Positions 24,610-25,903 of a stretch of DNA of 25,903 nt are shown here, piece after piece. The DNA lies in NCBI GenBank assembly GCA_040904565.1, contig JBBDTI010000016.1, forward strand, positions 23,202 to 49,104, in the 5' to 3' direction. This DNA is from Rhodothermales bacterium. Its GTDB lineage: Bacteria; Bacteroidota; Rhodothermia; Rhodothermales; VXPQ01. The notes beneath the pieces were generated by a model. That model ran no database searches. It was not told the DNA's origin and saw only the letters and a program-made list of their open reading frames with translations. The first letter of the stretch is position 1. Every line of letters starts with the position of its first letter. Both the position numbers and the translations under genes were made by a program.

Positions 24610-25893
24610 ATGCCGTACGACATCGCCGACGCACCGACCGATGCCAACCGGCATTTTGACGTGTCGATCACGTCCGAGACGGATCTGCTCGAACACGTAC
24701 TCGTCCACACCCCCGGCGCCGAAATGGAGCTCGTGCTGCCGGAGAATCGCCTGGAGCTACTGTTCGACGACATTCTCTTTCTCGGTCACGCGCGCGGAGA
24801 ACACGATCGGATGTGCGAGCTTTTCCGGAAGATCGTCGGCCGGGACGACGCCGTGCTCCAGATCTCGGCCCTGCTCCGCGAGACCTTCCGAAGGGAGGAC
24901 GCGCGGCACGATTTCGTCGAACAGATCTGTGCGGTGACGCAGGAACGCAATCTCACCGGCTTCGAGGATGAGCTCAAGCGTCTCGCGCCGGACGAACTCT
25001 TCGACTTCGCGCTGACGGGCCGTTCCCCCCTGCCCATCTACATGGTGCCGCTGCCCAACCTAATCTTTACGCGCGACGTCGCCGCCGTCGTCCACGATCA
25101 CATCGTTCTGAGTCATCCTGCAACGGCGGCACGCACGCGGGAAAGCCTGATCCTGCACGCCGTGCTTCGCTATCATCCCCTTTTCGCACCGTTCCGCGAC
25201 CGCGTGATCGTACTTCCGGAAGGGGTCACCTTCGAAGGAGGTGATCTCCTCGCCCCGGCACCCCACTGCGTGCTCGTCGGGCACTCCGAGCGGACGTCGT
25301 TCAGCGGCGCGATGGCGCTGGCCGAGGAGCTCTTCGAGCGAACGCCCGTCGAACACGTCCTCATGGTCGACCTCCCCAAGGAACGATACTGCATGCACCT
25401 CGATACGGTCATCACGTTCGCGACGGAGGAGGAGTGCGTCGTCTTCCCGCCGATCGTCGGCGACGAGATCATGGGAAAAGTGGTGCATTACACGCGCAGC
25501 GACGATCCCGGCAGGTTCTACAGCGAGGTTCGCTCCGGACTCAAGCCGATGCTCGAGAGCGTGCTCGATCGTGAGCTTACGTTCATCCCCTGCGGCGGCG
25601 ACGATCCCCTGAGCCAGCGGCGGGAACAGTGGACCGACGGCGCGAATCTATTTGCCGCCGCGCCGGGCGTCGTGATCGGTTACGAGCGGAACGAACGAAC
25701 GTTTGACGCTTTGCGAGAACGAGGCTATCGCATCGTGTCCTCGCAGAGCTTCCTCTCGTATTACGCGGAGAGCCCGTTCGAGCTCGGCGACCGGGTAGCC
25801 ATCAAGCTGGAAGGCACCGAGCTCTCGCGCGGCCGGGGCGGTCCACGCTGCATGACGATGCCCTTCGCTCGTCGTGGCACGGAAGGAGCCTGA
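24610..25893 (+). CDS. arcA: Arginine deiminase-family amidinotransferase
   Basis: LLFDD, PNLIFTRD, EGGD, MHLDTV, EQWTDGAN and ELSRGRGGPRCM with the catalytic Cys. Confidence 0.88.
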   Translation: MPYDIADAPTDANRHFDVSITSETDLLEHVLVHTPGAEMELVLPENRLELLFDDILFLGHARGEHDRMCELFRKIVGRDDAVLQISALLRETFRREDARHDFVEQICAVTQERNLTGFEDELKRLAPDELFDFALTGRSPLPIYMVPLPNLIFTRDVAAVVHDHIVLSHPATAARTRESLILHAVLRYHPLFAPFRDRVIVLPEGVTFEGGDLLAPAPHCVLVGHSERTSFSGAMALAEELFERTPVEHVLMVDLPKERYCMHLDTVITFATEEECVVFPPIVGDEIMGKVVHYTRSDDPGRFYSEVRSGLKPMLESVLDRELTFIPCGGDDPLSQRREQWTDGANLFAAAPGVVIGYERNERTFDALRERGYRIVSSQSFLSYYAESPFELGDRVAIKLEGTELSRGRGGPRCMTMPFARRGTEGA

Positions 25894-25903
25894 GGACGTA
25901 CGG

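Overview
A GC-rich bacterial chromosomal segment made mostly of housekeeping genes. Gene content and style (eukaryote-type GlyRS, mostly SD-less starts, TAnnTTTG-like elements, Gln after a signal peptide) suggest a Rhodothermota/Bacteroidota-related organism; this is inference. Gene order: TolC - MFP - oversized RND transporter, CNNM/CBS protein, mpl, lipoprotein M19 dipeptidase, an orphan protein with a C-terminal DUF968-like HNH/Zn domain, then glyQS, radC and a short rho on the minus strand, then alpha/beta hydrolase, membrane-anchored MurF-like ligase, rnhB, aroK(-), truA, Kelch lipoprotein, a small membrane protein and an arginine deiminase-family enzyme. I found no tRNA, rRNA, CRISPR array or transposase. 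Three things stand out. (1) Most intergenic spacers, and two N-termini, carry their own unrelated short tandem-repeat array (12-33 bp units), some duplicating start or stop codon contexts. (2) The solitary HNH-like protein appears to have a DUF1016_N-like N-terminus and is followed by ~230 nt of dense hairpins. (3) The Rho is short with a divergent primary RNA-binding site, next to a G-quadruplex-pattern array. All family calls come from motif recognition by eye, not database searches.
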